The notes beneath the pieces were generated by a model. It worked only from the letters and a program-made list of their open reading frames with translations. It searched no databases and had not been told where the DNA came from. Below are positions 12,384 through 24,470 of a stretch of DNA of 64,000 nt, in pieces (within the stretch, counting starts at the first letter, position 1; each line of letters begins with the position of its first letter). This stretch comes from an uncultured Nitrososphaeraceae archaeon (lineage in GTDB: Archaea > Thermoproteota > Nitrososphaeria > Nitrososphaerales > Nitrososphaeraceae): contig CAWGVG010000015.1 of the NCBI GenBank assembly GCA_963825865.1, positions 1 to 64,000 on the forward strand, written 5' to 3'. The position numbers were made by a program, and so were the translations under genes.

Positions 12384-12922
12384 TCATACCAACGAAGTTA
12401 TTGTCTGCTCATAACTATTGCTATATATCTCTATGGTATTACCAAATGGATCTTCACACAATACTATCTTGTATCCTTTATCTAGAACAATCTCCCAAAC
12501 TTTACTGCGTTGTTTTCCTCCGCTGTATGAAATTTTATGACATAAATCTTCAATGTTGGGATCTGTTATGCAAATATGTGTGAATCCGGATTTCCAATAT
12601 TCAAAGTTCTCCTGACGCCTTTGTGCTTTTGGCTCAATATATTCAAAGATTTCAAATCCTACGTGATTACCTGAACTTAGCCAAGCAATTCGCATTTTCT
12701 TTAATTCTGGACCATGAATATCTCTTACTGCTCTGCCTGTTAGAGAATCATCAGCTACAAATTCTACTGGTCCTGCTATCATATTAAATCCAAGAACTTC
12801 TTTATACCATTTTACAGCTTGGTCTAGATGGGTACACTAACCGCTATGTGATTTATTATCTTGGGATACACAATCGAAGAAGATGATGGTTTTGTAGTCG
12901 CATTAGTCCTGCTCATTGACAT
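12384..12922 (-). CDS. VOC / glyoxalase family protein (frameshifted)
   Basis: INHIAV, AVKWYKEVLGF, GFEIFEY, FTHICI, EDPFGNTIEIYS. Confidence 0.85.
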
Positions 12923-13494
12923 TCTATCTCCTCACACAATAATATCATTTAGCAATTATTCTTAACTTTTTCTTATTGTTTTCATCCCATGTAGGAATAC
13001 ACAATGATGTCACAGAGCACAACAGCTAATGACTCTAATAACAGCAGAGTGGTAATTGTCTTGTTTTGCTTAATCCAAAAGACGTTATGAATTAACTAAG
13101 ATAGGACTGGTTCTTCATCTTCTTTTTATGACAGAGACACAAGTTGAATAATTAATATATGTTGTCTGAACGTATTCTAATACAAGAAGAGCGTAGATAT
13201 CTATGGGTTTGTGTTATGTGCAACCAACATACAAGTACGACAAAACGAGAAAATCAGATTCATAAGTCAGAAAAACACAGAATATAACTTTACGTTTGTT
13301 AGTAAAATAACGTTTATCAACGACGGTTAGACAACGCTAATTTAGATTGGGACACATTCTGGCATTTCATAGACGAATACAAGGAAAGAGCGATCCACAG
13401 TTTTGCAGATTCAGGGAGAAATTATGAGTTCAGGAGAGATTTATTTCCCCTAATTAATATTATATTTGAGAATACTCCATATACTGAGATCGAA

Positions 13495-13668
13495 ATGTCT
13501 CCTAAGAAATGGTTTTTAGGAGGGGTAATATCGCTAGGAACATTTCTAGGACTTATTGATGGAAGCAATGCAATATTCACATTAGGAGGGTCATTGTTAT
13601 CTTTTGCCGGTGCTAGTGTTTGCAGCTGGTTATGGAGCAATTGCAGCACTGGGCAAAGACAAAGATAA
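13495..13668 (+). CDS. small membrane protein (not in ORF track)
   Basis: MSPKKWFLGGVISLGTFLGLIDGSNAIFTLGGSLLSFAG... hydrophobic 57-aa ORF. Confidence 0.35.
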   Translation: MSPKKWFLGGVISLGTFLGLIDGSNAIFTLGGSLLSFAGASVCSWLWSNCSTGQRQR

Positions 13669-13867
13669 AAAATAAAAAACAACAGAATTTTAATCAGTTT
13701 ATTCATATGGTTGAGGAAGGATTGAGTCAAAGTGACTTAGTTTCCAAAAGTACGAACTAAAAATGTTGGAACTACTCCTGTATCGTCTATGTCGCAGAGT
13801 TGTAGTAGTAGCATTAAACACACAATCTTAAGAAATAGGAAAATGGGACCTTAAAATGCGACCTTAT

Positions 13868-15243
13868 TTATGAGGCATGATTCTTTATCCATTCTCCTAC
13901 CTTGGGCCAGAGTTCTCTATGAGCATTTCTTCCTATCATGAGGCCAACGTGTCCTGAGTTAAATTCAATTAGGCTCTTGTCGTGGCTTTCAGTCAATGCA
14001 TTATTAAGGACCTTACTAGACCCTGGTGTTACTAAATCATCCCTTTTAGCCACAACATTAAGGAATGGCATATTGATATTTTTCAAACTGATAATTGTGC
14101 CATGATTATTATTATCGATATCATTGTTATCATGCTCTGCCCCTTCTATCCTCATTTTACTTTTGATAAGTAAATTTTTTTTATAGCATACTCTACAAAT
14201 TCTCTATATATTTCACCAATTATCGGAGGGCTATCGTATAGCCATGTCTCTGTTGCAAAGAATTCTGCTATTGATTCTAAATCATGGGGCTGTTCAAAGA
14301 AGTGGAAATATTTATGGCTATATTCTATAGGGCTTCTAAGGGCAAAGGCAGCATTTAATAACATGCCAGGTACATTTCCAAACGCATCCAAAAGATAATC
14401 TTCCTTCATAGATCTAGTCCAAACAGAAAGCAACGAGTTATCAAGATCAAAATCTCCCGGTGTAGCAATAGTTATCAGATTCTTCACTTTTTCAGGATGC
14501 AGAGTGCATAAATTAGTGCAAGATCACCTCCCCAGCAATAACCAAACAAAGTTACCTTGTCAGATTTTGTGATCTTTCTTATAAAATCAACAGACTTGTC
14601 CATATATCTATTTACAAAATGTCCTATTGTCAGGCTCTTGTCATACGCAGATGGCGTTCCCCAATCTGTAGCAAAGATATCAAGTCCCTGGTTGAGCAAA
14701 TTTCTGATAACACTTACCTCGGGTAAGAGATCTAGAATATAGTGTCTATTTATGAAAGCATAGATTACAAATACCGGAGGAGGAGTATTTTGACTTTGCA
14801 AACTATTTTCTTTTTCGTATTAGTAGTAGAGGTTATGGCCTATCATAACGAAATAGCGAGTACTTCTCTAGCTCGCAAATCTTTTGTGAAGGAGTGCGAT
14901 ATAATGTATCCCTGATCGGCTCCACAAAATCATTATTCCATGTGGAGAATCTGTTAGATAAATGCTGATATGCTTTCCCTATACCGATAGTTTTAGCTAA
15001 CTCTGAATAGCTGGCTATGGTATCTGAAAGTGTATTGACGAATCTTTCTTCCCTGAACTTTTCATCAAAGAGCTTGCGAAATTTGCTTCTTAAGATTTTC
15101 TCTAATTCAGCCAAGTCCTTCCAAGACTTATTGTATTCAGAAATTGTACCAAGATATATTGAATATGCTTCAGCAAAAGCGTTAAACAATTCTGTGTTAA
15201 ATTGTGTTGAGTTTGATAATGCTCTGCTAAAAGCATTAGACAT
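13868..15243 (-). CDS. phaC: Class III PHA synthase PhaC with PhaE-like helical N-terminal extension (four shifted ORFs)
   Basis: YAFINRHYILDL, lipase box GYCWGG, W..DSPPI.GE.YREF, D..V, GHVGL..G..LWP..W. Confidence 0.85.
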
Positions 15244-15836
15244 ATTTATAAAAAATCTATCATATAAGGGAAAAATATGTTTCTATTGTATTGTATTGAC
15301 GATAATAGAGGTTTGTCCATTAGATGTTCTTCTAAGGAAACCCTATTCACGAGTTATTTTAAAGTTCGTAAAAATGAAGAAAAGAAAAATGTTAGTTTAC
15401 ACTTTAATATGAGCACGTAATTGAAATCGGAACTAACATTCAGGAGCATATTCAAGCATCATCTGTCATTCCTCCTATTTTTTCTATTTCACTCATCCAA
15501 CAATCATGACATAATAAATGATCTCTTTTTGTCTCAAAGGCCTTACCGCATTTGTCGCATTTTTTCAACATAGTATGTCATCGTTACGAATGATTCCCTT
15601 GCCCTATCATGAAATGCCCCTCACACTTAACAATTGGTGTTCGAATTTTTAGTAATATCAAAGTCTGTATATTCTTAGGCAAAAGGTAAATCCAGACAAA
15701 ATTAGCCTCAATTAGCTATGGTTATGGATATCATATATCTTTTGAGCGCTAAATACCCTAGTCGTAGACGAGGGAGAGGGTAGCAGAGTAGCAGAGTTTT
15801 TCATTTTGTTATCTGCATAGATTTGAAGTAAGACAA

Positions 15837-16303
15837 TTATTTTACCACCAATACAGGACAATGTGCATAAGTTACAACATGTGATGCAACACTTCCAAGT
15901 AATAGTTTCTTAAATCCTGATTTTCCTCTTGTTCCAATTACAATTAGGTTAATATCATTTTCTTCAGCATAATCTACTATACCTCCTGCTATATTTGTAG
16001 AAGAAATAATTTCTGTTTTTATCTGAATATTCATTTCATTTGCATTACGTTTAACTTTATTCAAATATTTTTCTCCTTCCTTTCTCATTGTTGTCATAAA
16101 CTCTGATGTTTCATGTGGTCCGAATAAATCAACATCAGCACTTATAACATGCAAAGCATAAAGTTCTGAATTATTATATCCTTTAGATAGAGAGATAGCA
16201 TAACTGCTGCATCCATTGAGGCATCAGAGCCATCAATTGCAACTAATATTTTGGAGAATATCGTTTTTTGACTAGCACCAGTAGTAGTAGTTGACATATT
16301 CAT
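15837..16303 (-). CDS. universal stress protein (frameshifted)
   Basis: KILVAIDGSDAS, LIVIGTRGKSGFKKLLLGSVASHVVTYAHCPVLVVK. Confidence 0.9.
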
Positions 16304-16418
16304 TTTTAGTTAAAAACAAGCTCTAATTAAAATTCATATCCTAAAATAATTACTGACATTGAACATAAGCAAAAGTTAGTAAATGCCATTGCCAAGCATT
16401 AATGATGGTTAAGTCTGA

Positions 16419-16610
16419 ATGAAACGTATAATACTTACTCAAGCATTTAATTCAACTCATCCTGATTCTCTTTCAAATCAAATCAATGATTTTTTAAGGG
16501 AAAATAATATTCAGAAGATAATAGATATTAAATACTCTTCATTTAAGAGAGACGATAATACTAACGATTACTCTGCACTTCTCGTATACATAGGAATGTC
16601 AGAGGAATAG
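16419..16610 (+). CDS. small protein, Cse60/DUF2758-like
   Basis: LSNQINDFL..IIDIKYSS..YSALLVY pattern. Confidence 0.5.
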   Translation: MKRIILTQAFNSTHPDSLSNQINDFLRENNIQKIIDIKYSSFKRDDNTNDYSALLVYIGMSEE

Positions 16611-16752
16611 ATAAGCAAAAAGCAAAAGCATACACACGCTATTTCCAAAATAAACAAAAAGTGGTCTGATACCCATAGTGTAAATAGAGCAACGTCTATA
16701 GATGTTCTGTTAAATGAACACAGCCCTTTGGACAAACGAAAATATTGTTTAG

Positions 16753-17320
16753 TTAATGAACAAGCATCACTGGGCAATTTGCATTTTCAGATACTGCACG
16801 AGAAACACTTTTTAAAACTCTTACCTTGGAAATTCCTTTCAAACTAGTACTTCCCATGATTATTAAATCTACTTTTTCCTTATTATTGGCAACATCTATA
16901 ATAACTTCAGCTGGATTTCCTATTACTACTTGGGGATTAACAGACATAGATACTATTGTCCTATCTTTTTTGTTGTTGTTATTTACAGGAATGCTTGACT
17001 CAATTCGTTTCTTCGTATCATCAAGCATTTTCAAAGATTCATTTTTCATATCTTCATATACTTCCTCGAAGAATTTCTTCATAGACTTGCCAGCAAGTAT
17101 TCTTAGCCCAAAGTAGAGATTGGGAATACGAATATGAATTTCCTCTACTATGTGTAATAATATTATTTGTATACTTTCTGTAGTAGTTCCACTTGAAAAC
17201 GAAATATTCAGCTAATTGTATTGCTTGTTGCAATGCATTTTCTGATTGTTTAGAACAATGCAGTTGATGAAGCAAGCCAAAGACTAAGATAGGACTTCTC
17301 TCCGCTAATCTTGATTTGCA
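16753..17320 (-). CDS. universal stress protein (degraded/frameshifted)
   Basis: GNPAEVIID, DLIIMGS, SVSRAVSENANCPVMLVH; broken N-terminus SKQSENALQQAIQLA. Confidence 0.75.
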
Positions 17321-17344
17321 TTGAATTCAATTCCCTATGGCATG

Positions 17345-17674
17345 TCAAGACCCAACTCTTTTCATCTTAGAACCACATTTAGGACATGGAGCTTGTTTGT
17401 GTTGTGTTCCGCAACTCATACAGTAATATTTTAATGAACTATCTCCAAACATTGAAGATGGCGACATTGAACCAAACATTCCTACTCCTCCCATTCCCAT
17501 TCTTTTCATCATTCTCTTTCTCATATAGAAGTTAAGCAAAATGAAAACTCCTATTATCACAACTAGTGAGATGGGAAATGGCACTAACATAGAGATGGTT
17601 ATGCTGATGCCAAAAGATATTCCCAACCACATTATTTGGTTGAGTAGAAATTGCTTGTTGTTATTAGCACTCAT
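17345..17674 (-). CDS. membrane protein with C-terminal zinc ribbon
   Basis: Two TM segments, YCMSCG..CPKCGSKM. Confidence 0.75.
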   Translation of the reverse strand: MSANNNKQFLLNQIMWLGISFGISITISMLVPFPISLVVIIGVFILLNFYMRKRMMKRMGMGGVGMFGSMSPSSMFGDSSLKYYCMSCGTQHKQAPCPKCGSKMKRVGS

Positions 17675-18332
17675 CTTTTTTTATCCATCTAATACTTTCT
17701 GCATTTACCTAATTAAGGCTTATTCGTGCAACTATACAATTCACCTATGTAAGTAGACCAAGTTGCTATTGAATGATATTCACCTGGTACCCAAATTATG
17801 AACGATTTAATGGGTCAGAGGATGCTGCATAATATATTATTATTATAAGTTAGGAAGAGGAATCAAAGGTAGTGGTTAACGCTGTTACAAATGAAAATCC
17901 GATATACGGAATCCAAAAGAAAAGTAATGCAAGAACATGCTACTTACTGGAAAGGTCAGAGAGATGATGGTATAGCAATCGTCTTTGGTCTGGTACTTAT
18001 TGAAGAGGTCCTTGGGGAGTAGGTATCATTGACGTAGCAAATGAATCAGATAGGTCCTTTCCTTTTACAGAAGGTGTAGAGAACTTGCCAGAAGAAAGCA
18101 AGAAGTCTTTGAAACTAGCTGTAGACGCATGGAAAATACGTAGTGGACTTGCACCTTGTGGGAGTCTTTATCCTATTTTCATACTGCTACTATGCATTAT
18201 ATGCAGAAGCAAAAGAAGGCTAATAGTATATTCATTCTGCTACAAAGCCATTTCACATACGGAAGATAAAGAAGCCATTCTTAGAAGTAGATACTTCAAA
18301 TAAGATAACAACTGCTATCATACTATATCATA

Positions 18333-18563
18333 ATGCCAACAGCTTATGTATTAGTTCTATTTGATTATAGTTACCCTGAATCTGAAATTATGAGTCAACT
18401 AAGCAAGTTGCCTTGTATAACAGAAGTGAACAGAGTAGATGGACCGTATGATTTTATTGTAAAGTTATCTGACGATGATATGGACGCAATAAGGGAATCT
18501 ATAGGAAGAGATATGACTAGAATCCGTGGAATACAATCTACAGTAACATTGATTGCAGAGTGA
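18333..18563 (+). CDS. Lrp/AsnC ligand-binding domain protein
   Basis: MPTAYVL..V.GPYDFIVKL..IRGIQSTVTLI. Confidence 0.85.
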   Translation: MPTAYVLVLFDYSYPESEIMSQLSKLPCITEVNRVDGPYDFIVKLSDDDMDAIRESIGRDMTRIRGIQSTVTLIAE

Positions 18564-18722
18564 CTTCTACGCTTTTCAATTCCATCCTTTTTTTAGGAAG
18601 GCCAATTATATGCATAGATTATTGATCGATTTCTCTAGATTCAATTTTCTCTAATCTCTCTTCTAATGACTTTCATACAACAGCGTGTGCATGTATATAA
18701 TTAAAGGTTATAAGAGAATTGA

Positions 18723-19437
18723 TTAATTTTCTAAATACTCGTATACACGATACATACTTTCAGGATCAGAACGAGAAAGATATTTCCATTTTGTTGGATC
18801 GAGATTTACCTCTATAAACTTGCTATTGTTTAAAAAATCTTTATGATTCTGATGATGACAGAAGAATATTGTAAATAAATTCGCCAACCAATACCTGATT
18901 AGGCTTTGCAAGAGAGACAATCTTTGAAGCCAAGCTTATACTGGAACCAATTATATCTATGTGGGCTTTTTCTAAACTCTTTCCATAAAGCACTACTAAA
19001 GCATAGCCATAAGCCAATCCTATTCTTACTGTAATTTCAGGTAAATCATTTGCCTTAAACGCAGGATTAATAACTTCTTTTATGATTTCTAATATTGCTC
19101 TTGAACATTTTAATGCATTTTTACATGCTTTTACTTGATCATATTCTGCAGGAAATAATACAATAACCGCATCACCTTCATACTTGAATACATACCCACC
19201 ATAACCTAATACAGCAATACTTATTTCTTGAGCAAAAGTTTGAACCATTAACGCAAATTTATTCTCTGGTAATGAGAGGCTCATTTCTGTTGAGTTATTG
19301 ATATCTACAAACATAGTTACTAGATTTGTTTTACTGTTTACATGTCTTCTAAGTAATTTTTTGGATTCTTCGGTTGACATGTTAAGCTGAATACCGTCGA
19401 TTAAGGTTTTAGTCACTCTAGCACGAATTTGATCCAA
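18723..19437 (-). CDS. class III adenylate/guanylate cyclase (frameshifted near both ends)
   Basis: MFVDINNST, KYEGDAV, VRIGLAYG, DIIGSSISLASK. Confidence 0.9.
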
Positions 19438-19717
19438 TAAGGGCAGGTTGGTAAAACTCGTAGGTATCTCCTCTCTATATCACTAGTTAAGCAACTTTTA
19501 CTTGTGAAACTATTAGTAACTTTAACTTGGCTATAGGCTTTCAATTTTGCTGATATCATAAGCAAGTATGCCTAACTTTCTAATTAATAGGTGATTACTT
19601 TGTGAATTATATTCCGTATCATCACAAATAGACAAACATCCTACAATTAATATATATGATATGCATCAGAAATCTGTATAGACAGGTTGATATTGTCAAT
19701 GCATTTCATTAATTAAA

Positions 19718-20281
19718 ATGTTAGCTGGAGAGAAAATTAGGCAAATCTTATACTCGGAAATAGAAGACATAGGTAAGGAAAAAATTCAAGCAAAGATCAC
19801 TTCAAACATTGAATCATCCCAAAATTATATTCATGAAATAATGAATGAATGTATTACAAAGACTGACTTATGAATCAAGTGATGATTATGATATAACAAT
19901 TGCAACTTTATGCGAGGCTCTTCTTCATTTTATGCTTACAATTTGTACTTTACCATCAGAAAGAAAAATCCGGGTTAAAAATGATCTTATTCTTGATGTA
20001 ATTATACCAAATTTACAAAGTTTAAAGACAAAACCTGATAGATCAATTATTATTCAAATTATAAAGGATAAGATGGATTTGAATAGAATATTACAATTGG
20101 AATTCTTTCAGCCAAACCATGAAAATATTTGGTTGATATCTGCCAAACCACTTTCAACAACAAAATACACGACATACAGTGTATTCCCGATGCCGGATTA
20201 CATAATTATTCAAATATCATAATAGACATAGAGAACTTTCTAAAAGAAACAGGGGATAAAAGCTTTAGATTCATTCATTAA
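19718..20281 (+). CDS. conserved hypothetical protein (frameshifted)
   Basis: LCEALLHFMLT..LPSERKI..LDVIIP; coding continues in shifted frames at both ends. Confidence 0.6.
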
Positions 20282-20309
20282 CATAAAATGGGTAGGCTAA
20301 GAGATACTT

Positions 20310-20385
20310 CTATCTTCTATTGCGGATATGATATTTTTAGTGACCACTTCACCTTCTCTTATCGCATGCTGTGCTGTAAGGAGAC
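20310..20385 (-). pseudogene. fragment of NAD(P)/FAD-dependent (NDH-2-like) oxidoreductase
   Basis: Reads LTAQHAIREGEVVTKNIISAIE. Confidence 0.45.
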
Positions 20386-20972
20386 TTTTACATAGAAAAA
20401 ATTTATGTAATCTCACAGCTGAAAATAGAGTCTACTTAATTGAGATAGAAGTATGGTTGAAAACGATGTCAAGACTATAAGCGATGCTCTGAAAAAAATC
20501 AATGTTGGTGGAGTTACTTAGCAAGAAAGATCAATGTTAAACCTTCTTCTTGCTTCTTTTCATTCATTTTTGATCAAAAATTCAATTTATCTTCTCTCTT
20601 TCATGCTTTTATGCTAGGCTGCAGTATATCCTTCCTAAGTTAATGAAGAGATTGATGTAATAATGTGTGTTTATTTATTGGCTATTTATTTAGTAGTAGA
20701 TTCTGTGCACTTCATCAATTATAGCAAGTAGTTTATAATATATGCGGAGGAGCCATGGAGAAGAAGGTAAGAGTATTAAATCTAAATTAAACTATAGCAA
20801 TTTTTCTTATTTTAAGTGATTTAGCCTCTCTGAAAAACAACCAAGAATCTGCTCAGTAATAGCTTGGATATTCTTTTAAAATTAAACTATTTTTCCTGAT
20901 TTTAATATAGCAAAAATTAGACTAGATCCCATATGTTATATCTGATATCATTGTAGTTGGCTAAGTATTCTG

Positions 20973-21179
20973 TTAATAAGAGTGGTATTCGATTTTATGA
21001 AGTTTTAATTCTTTAAGGCTTGCAAACAGTCTTTTACATTTTTCACATTTCCATTGGTTTGCTCTTGCCTGTTCGTAAGTAAGATAAGTAGCTTCTTTGC
21101 TCTCATATTTTTTTGTTGTGAAATTGTAGATAGCTGGATTATAGTTAACTTTGTATTTGAGCTTCATTACATCTATCAT
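20973..21179 (-). CDS. small C2H2 zinc-finger protein
   Basis: CEKCKRLFASLKELKLHKIEYH. Confidence 0.75.
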   Translation of the reverse strand: MIDVMKLKYKVNYNPAIYNFTTKKYESKEATYLTYEQARANQWKCEKCKRLFASLKELKLHKIEYHSY

Positions 21180-21643
21180 GGTTTGAGATTAAGGCCTACT
21201 GTCTTAAAAACCATACGTCGATTCTCTAAATAATATTATTTTGTGAAAAATAATATAATCTTTTTCTTAAGACTAACGCGTTAAAAATAGTTATGGTTTC
21301 ATTTACAATTCTGCTGCCAGTATGGAAGTTAACTTTTTGAAGCCCCAATAACATCTAGAGTATTACACGTCAGATGGCACACAATGAATAGAGCAGGAGA
21401 ATTTCTACTGGTTAGTTAAGTTTTTCCTTCGGTATGATTGTTTTTAAATCAATAATTTCGCTAATGGTGTTATGTCATAGTTAGCGATGGCGGGATGGGC
21501 TTATTAAAATAGGTGTTTATGGGTGGCTGTCAAAGGAATAGGTATAACATGATAGGCATTGAATGGAATTGTCTGAGGTTTGATTTCGTTGATAGAAACA
21601 TTAGGTTTAATAATAAATCAAGAAATACTATTAACGTATTATA

Positions 21644-22403
21644 TTGGGCCTCACAAACCGTATTACAACTTTGGTGAAGCAAAAGGTTAACACACTTCTT
21701 GACAGATATGAAGATCCTAAAGAAGCACTCGATTATTCTTATGTTAAACAAAGGGAAATGCTAAACAATTTGCGTAGGAACATTGCTGAAGTAGTAACTG
21801 CCAAAAAACGACTTGAAATGCAAAAGATAAAACTTTGGGATAATATCCATACACTTGATGAGCAGTCCCGACGTGCTATTGATGCAAATAGAGAAGATTT
21901 AGCAAGACTTGCATTAGAACGAAAGAATGCAAATATGTTACAAGTACAAAGCCTGGACAAACAAATAACAGATATGCAGTCGGAACAAGAAAAGCTTGAA
22001 GATACAGAGAAACGTCTGTCAGCCAAAGTTGAAGAATTCAATTCAAAGAAGGAAGTAATCAAAGCGCAATATTCTGGCAGCTGAAGCTCATGTTCGCATT
22101 AAAGAAAGTGTAACAGGAATTTCAGAGGAGATGACCGATGTTGGTATGGCAATGAATCGAGCAGAAGAAAAGACTGAAAAAATGAAGGCAAAGTCCCAAG
22201 CTCTAGATGAAATGATAGATTCAGGTATTCTCACAGATTACACCTCAAATAAAGATGATGTTATTGAAAGAGAATTAGAAGAGACTACAGTAAAAGGATC
22301 GGTTGAGGAAGAATTAGCAAAGTTAAAGGCTGAGAAGGCACGTAAAAAGAAAGTATCATCTGAAGAGGAAAAAGAAGAAGAAGCTGCTCAAGTGGTCCAA
22401 TAA
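21644..22403 (+). CDS. pspA: PspA/IM30 family protein (1-nt frameshift at ~22075)
   Basis: LLDRYEDPKEAL, A..ANREDLARLALERK, KAQYS-AAEA, coiled coil, VEEELAKLK. Confidence 0.9.
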
Positions 22404-22984
22404 CAAGGGAGCAACCTAACCTAATACAAAAAGTAGAGACTCTGATACAACAAGCAAGTAATAATCACAACCGTGTTAATAGCAATAACCGAACATTCTG
22501 AATTCTAAGTACGGGATTCCTATCAAACACCCATACACTAACCAATCACATCATTATTACTTGACAACAACAACAAGAAGGAGAAGAAGAAAAATATGAG
22601 TGATATTGCAGGCAACACGGGAACAATATTTGGAGTAAGATGATATCTAGACAGTGGAAAAAGAGAGACTAGAAAATCAATAGGGGAAGGAGAGAACAGC
22701 TCATAACGAAATATTGACTGAACAATTGGTATGAAAAATCCTCAGGAAGTAGCAAGGAAATACTAAAACATCATATACTTTTCCATAACTGCTCCAATAA
22801 CTGCCGCGACAGTAAGCCCATCTCTACACGAAACCATCATTTGTCGCGATAATAAGAATTGGATCGATCCATGAGTTGTCTAGTTTTTTCAAGAATCCTA
22901 AGGTACATTTCAATGAGTTCGATCTTTTGCTTCTGAATTGCAATATCTTTCTCGGCTACTGTTTCTCTTATTAGGATCAAAAAC

Positions 22985-23263
22985 TTATCTTGAATTATAT
23001 ATTCCGCTCGCTTCTAATCCTATTTGTGTAGATTCTGATTTATCAAAATTAATAGGTTCTGACTTAGAGGGATTAGAAAAAACAGTATGTTCCTTCTGTT
23101 CATTTCCACAATTAACACAGATAATCTTATCTTTGAATCTGACCTGAACTCCCCCACATTTGCTACAAGGTTCACTAATAATAGATCCACCTTTTATAAC
23201 CAACTCAGCTCCCTTCTTAATAGTCGCTGATTCATTAGAGTCTTTTTTTGATTCGTCAGGCAT
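22985..23263 (-). CDS. Sjogren/scleroderma autoantigen p27-like zinc-ribbon protein
   Basis: KKGAEL..GG....PCSKCGG....ICVNCG; likely extends downstream via frameshift. Confidence 0.75.
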   Translation of the reverse strand: MPDESKKDSNESATIKKGAELVIKGGSIISEPCSKCGGVQVRFKDKIICVNCGNEQKEHTVFSNPSKSEPINFDKSESTQIGLEASGIYNSR

Positions 23264-23321
23264 AATAACTAGTGGAGATTAGTCTAATTTCTATTTAACT
23301 TATTCTTGATGTTTATCCATA

Positions 23322-23549
23322 CTAAATATTATTTTCAAGCGTCGTAATATACTCCTTGTAAGCCTTTACGAGTTTTTGATATTGTTGTATAGCTGTGCTA
23401 TATATTTTCAAAAGTTCTTCAGTATTGCTAGTTAACTTAGAATGGTCGGAGAAATCTGATATCTTTTGTGTAATGTCTGCTAATTCTTTTTCATATGCGC
23501 TAATACTGTTCTTCTGTTGAGTTAGTTCGTCTGCTGGATTGTTGGACAA
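23322..23549 (-). CDS. hypothetical coiled-coil protein
   Basis: Heptad-like helical ORF upstream of and co-oriented with the p27-like gene. Confidence 0.55.
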   Translation of the reverse strand: MSNNPADELTQQKNSISAYEKELADITQKISDFSDHSKLTSNTEELLKIYSTAIQQYQKLVKAYKEYITTLENNI

Positions 23550-24470
23550 TAAAGTTAGTATCAGGTTAATGTATTAAAACTACACTGAAAAGTTTAGTTA
23601 TTGGGAGAATAAAAATCGTAATAAAGGTAATAAGCTGGAAGGGGCTCAAAGTTGAGTGATTCGGTCTTTAGCAAATATCCAAGGTATAATTTGCCTGTCT
23701 TACGGATTTATTAAATGAATTGAGTCTTTACATTAATTATTATAGGTACATACAGCCCTGTCGTCGTGTTCAAAAAACCTCAATCCACAGCATCATTAAT
23801 AATGAATCTTCATTCTAGAAAACTTTTATCAAATATTAAAAAGCGCGGAAAAGTACAATACAATATCTGTGTGCGAACAGGATATCTAGTAGGGTAAGAC
23901 TTACGAAATATCTTGCCAGTATGCAGAGAAACCTCGTAGGGTAGGCGAGAGGAACTTTATTTCTGAATAAGGAGTAGGGGAATCTCACTGAACCTACAGG
24001 GTAATTTATTATTATTATAGATGAAGCGTTATTGATAGTATACGAGAGTACATAGAATCCCCAACAGTGGAGTATAGCCACGGGCCGTATATTTAACTAC
24101 ATTCTTTTGCTATTTCGCGAATAGTTTTACCTTGATTATAATAAAGATATTAAAACAAGTTTTTGTTGTGATCTTGTTAATTATCACATCTTTCTTTTTT
24201 GCTATATCTATTAATCCAAACGGCTATACCGACTGCCACCACCTGTTTCCATTTTGTTATCATTGCTCGTGACCAATTACCTCTGTGTTACCATTACTAA
24301 TATGCGAGCTACATATACTACGTGAAAGTTTTTTTGTTAATAAGGGGGTGCTATGACCTGCTGAATTGTATTCTATAAAAGATATCTAAAGTGATATGTG
24401 GTAATAACACTCTATATTATGATTATATAAAACTATTTATATATATATCATATTTAATTGTACTATTGCT

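Noticed and set aside
14014-14033. 18/20 match between CRISPR spacer 56054-56089 and phaC (TACTAGaCCCTGGTGTTaCT)
   Set aside because: The remaining 16 nt of the spacer mostly do not match; likely chance, not self-targeting.
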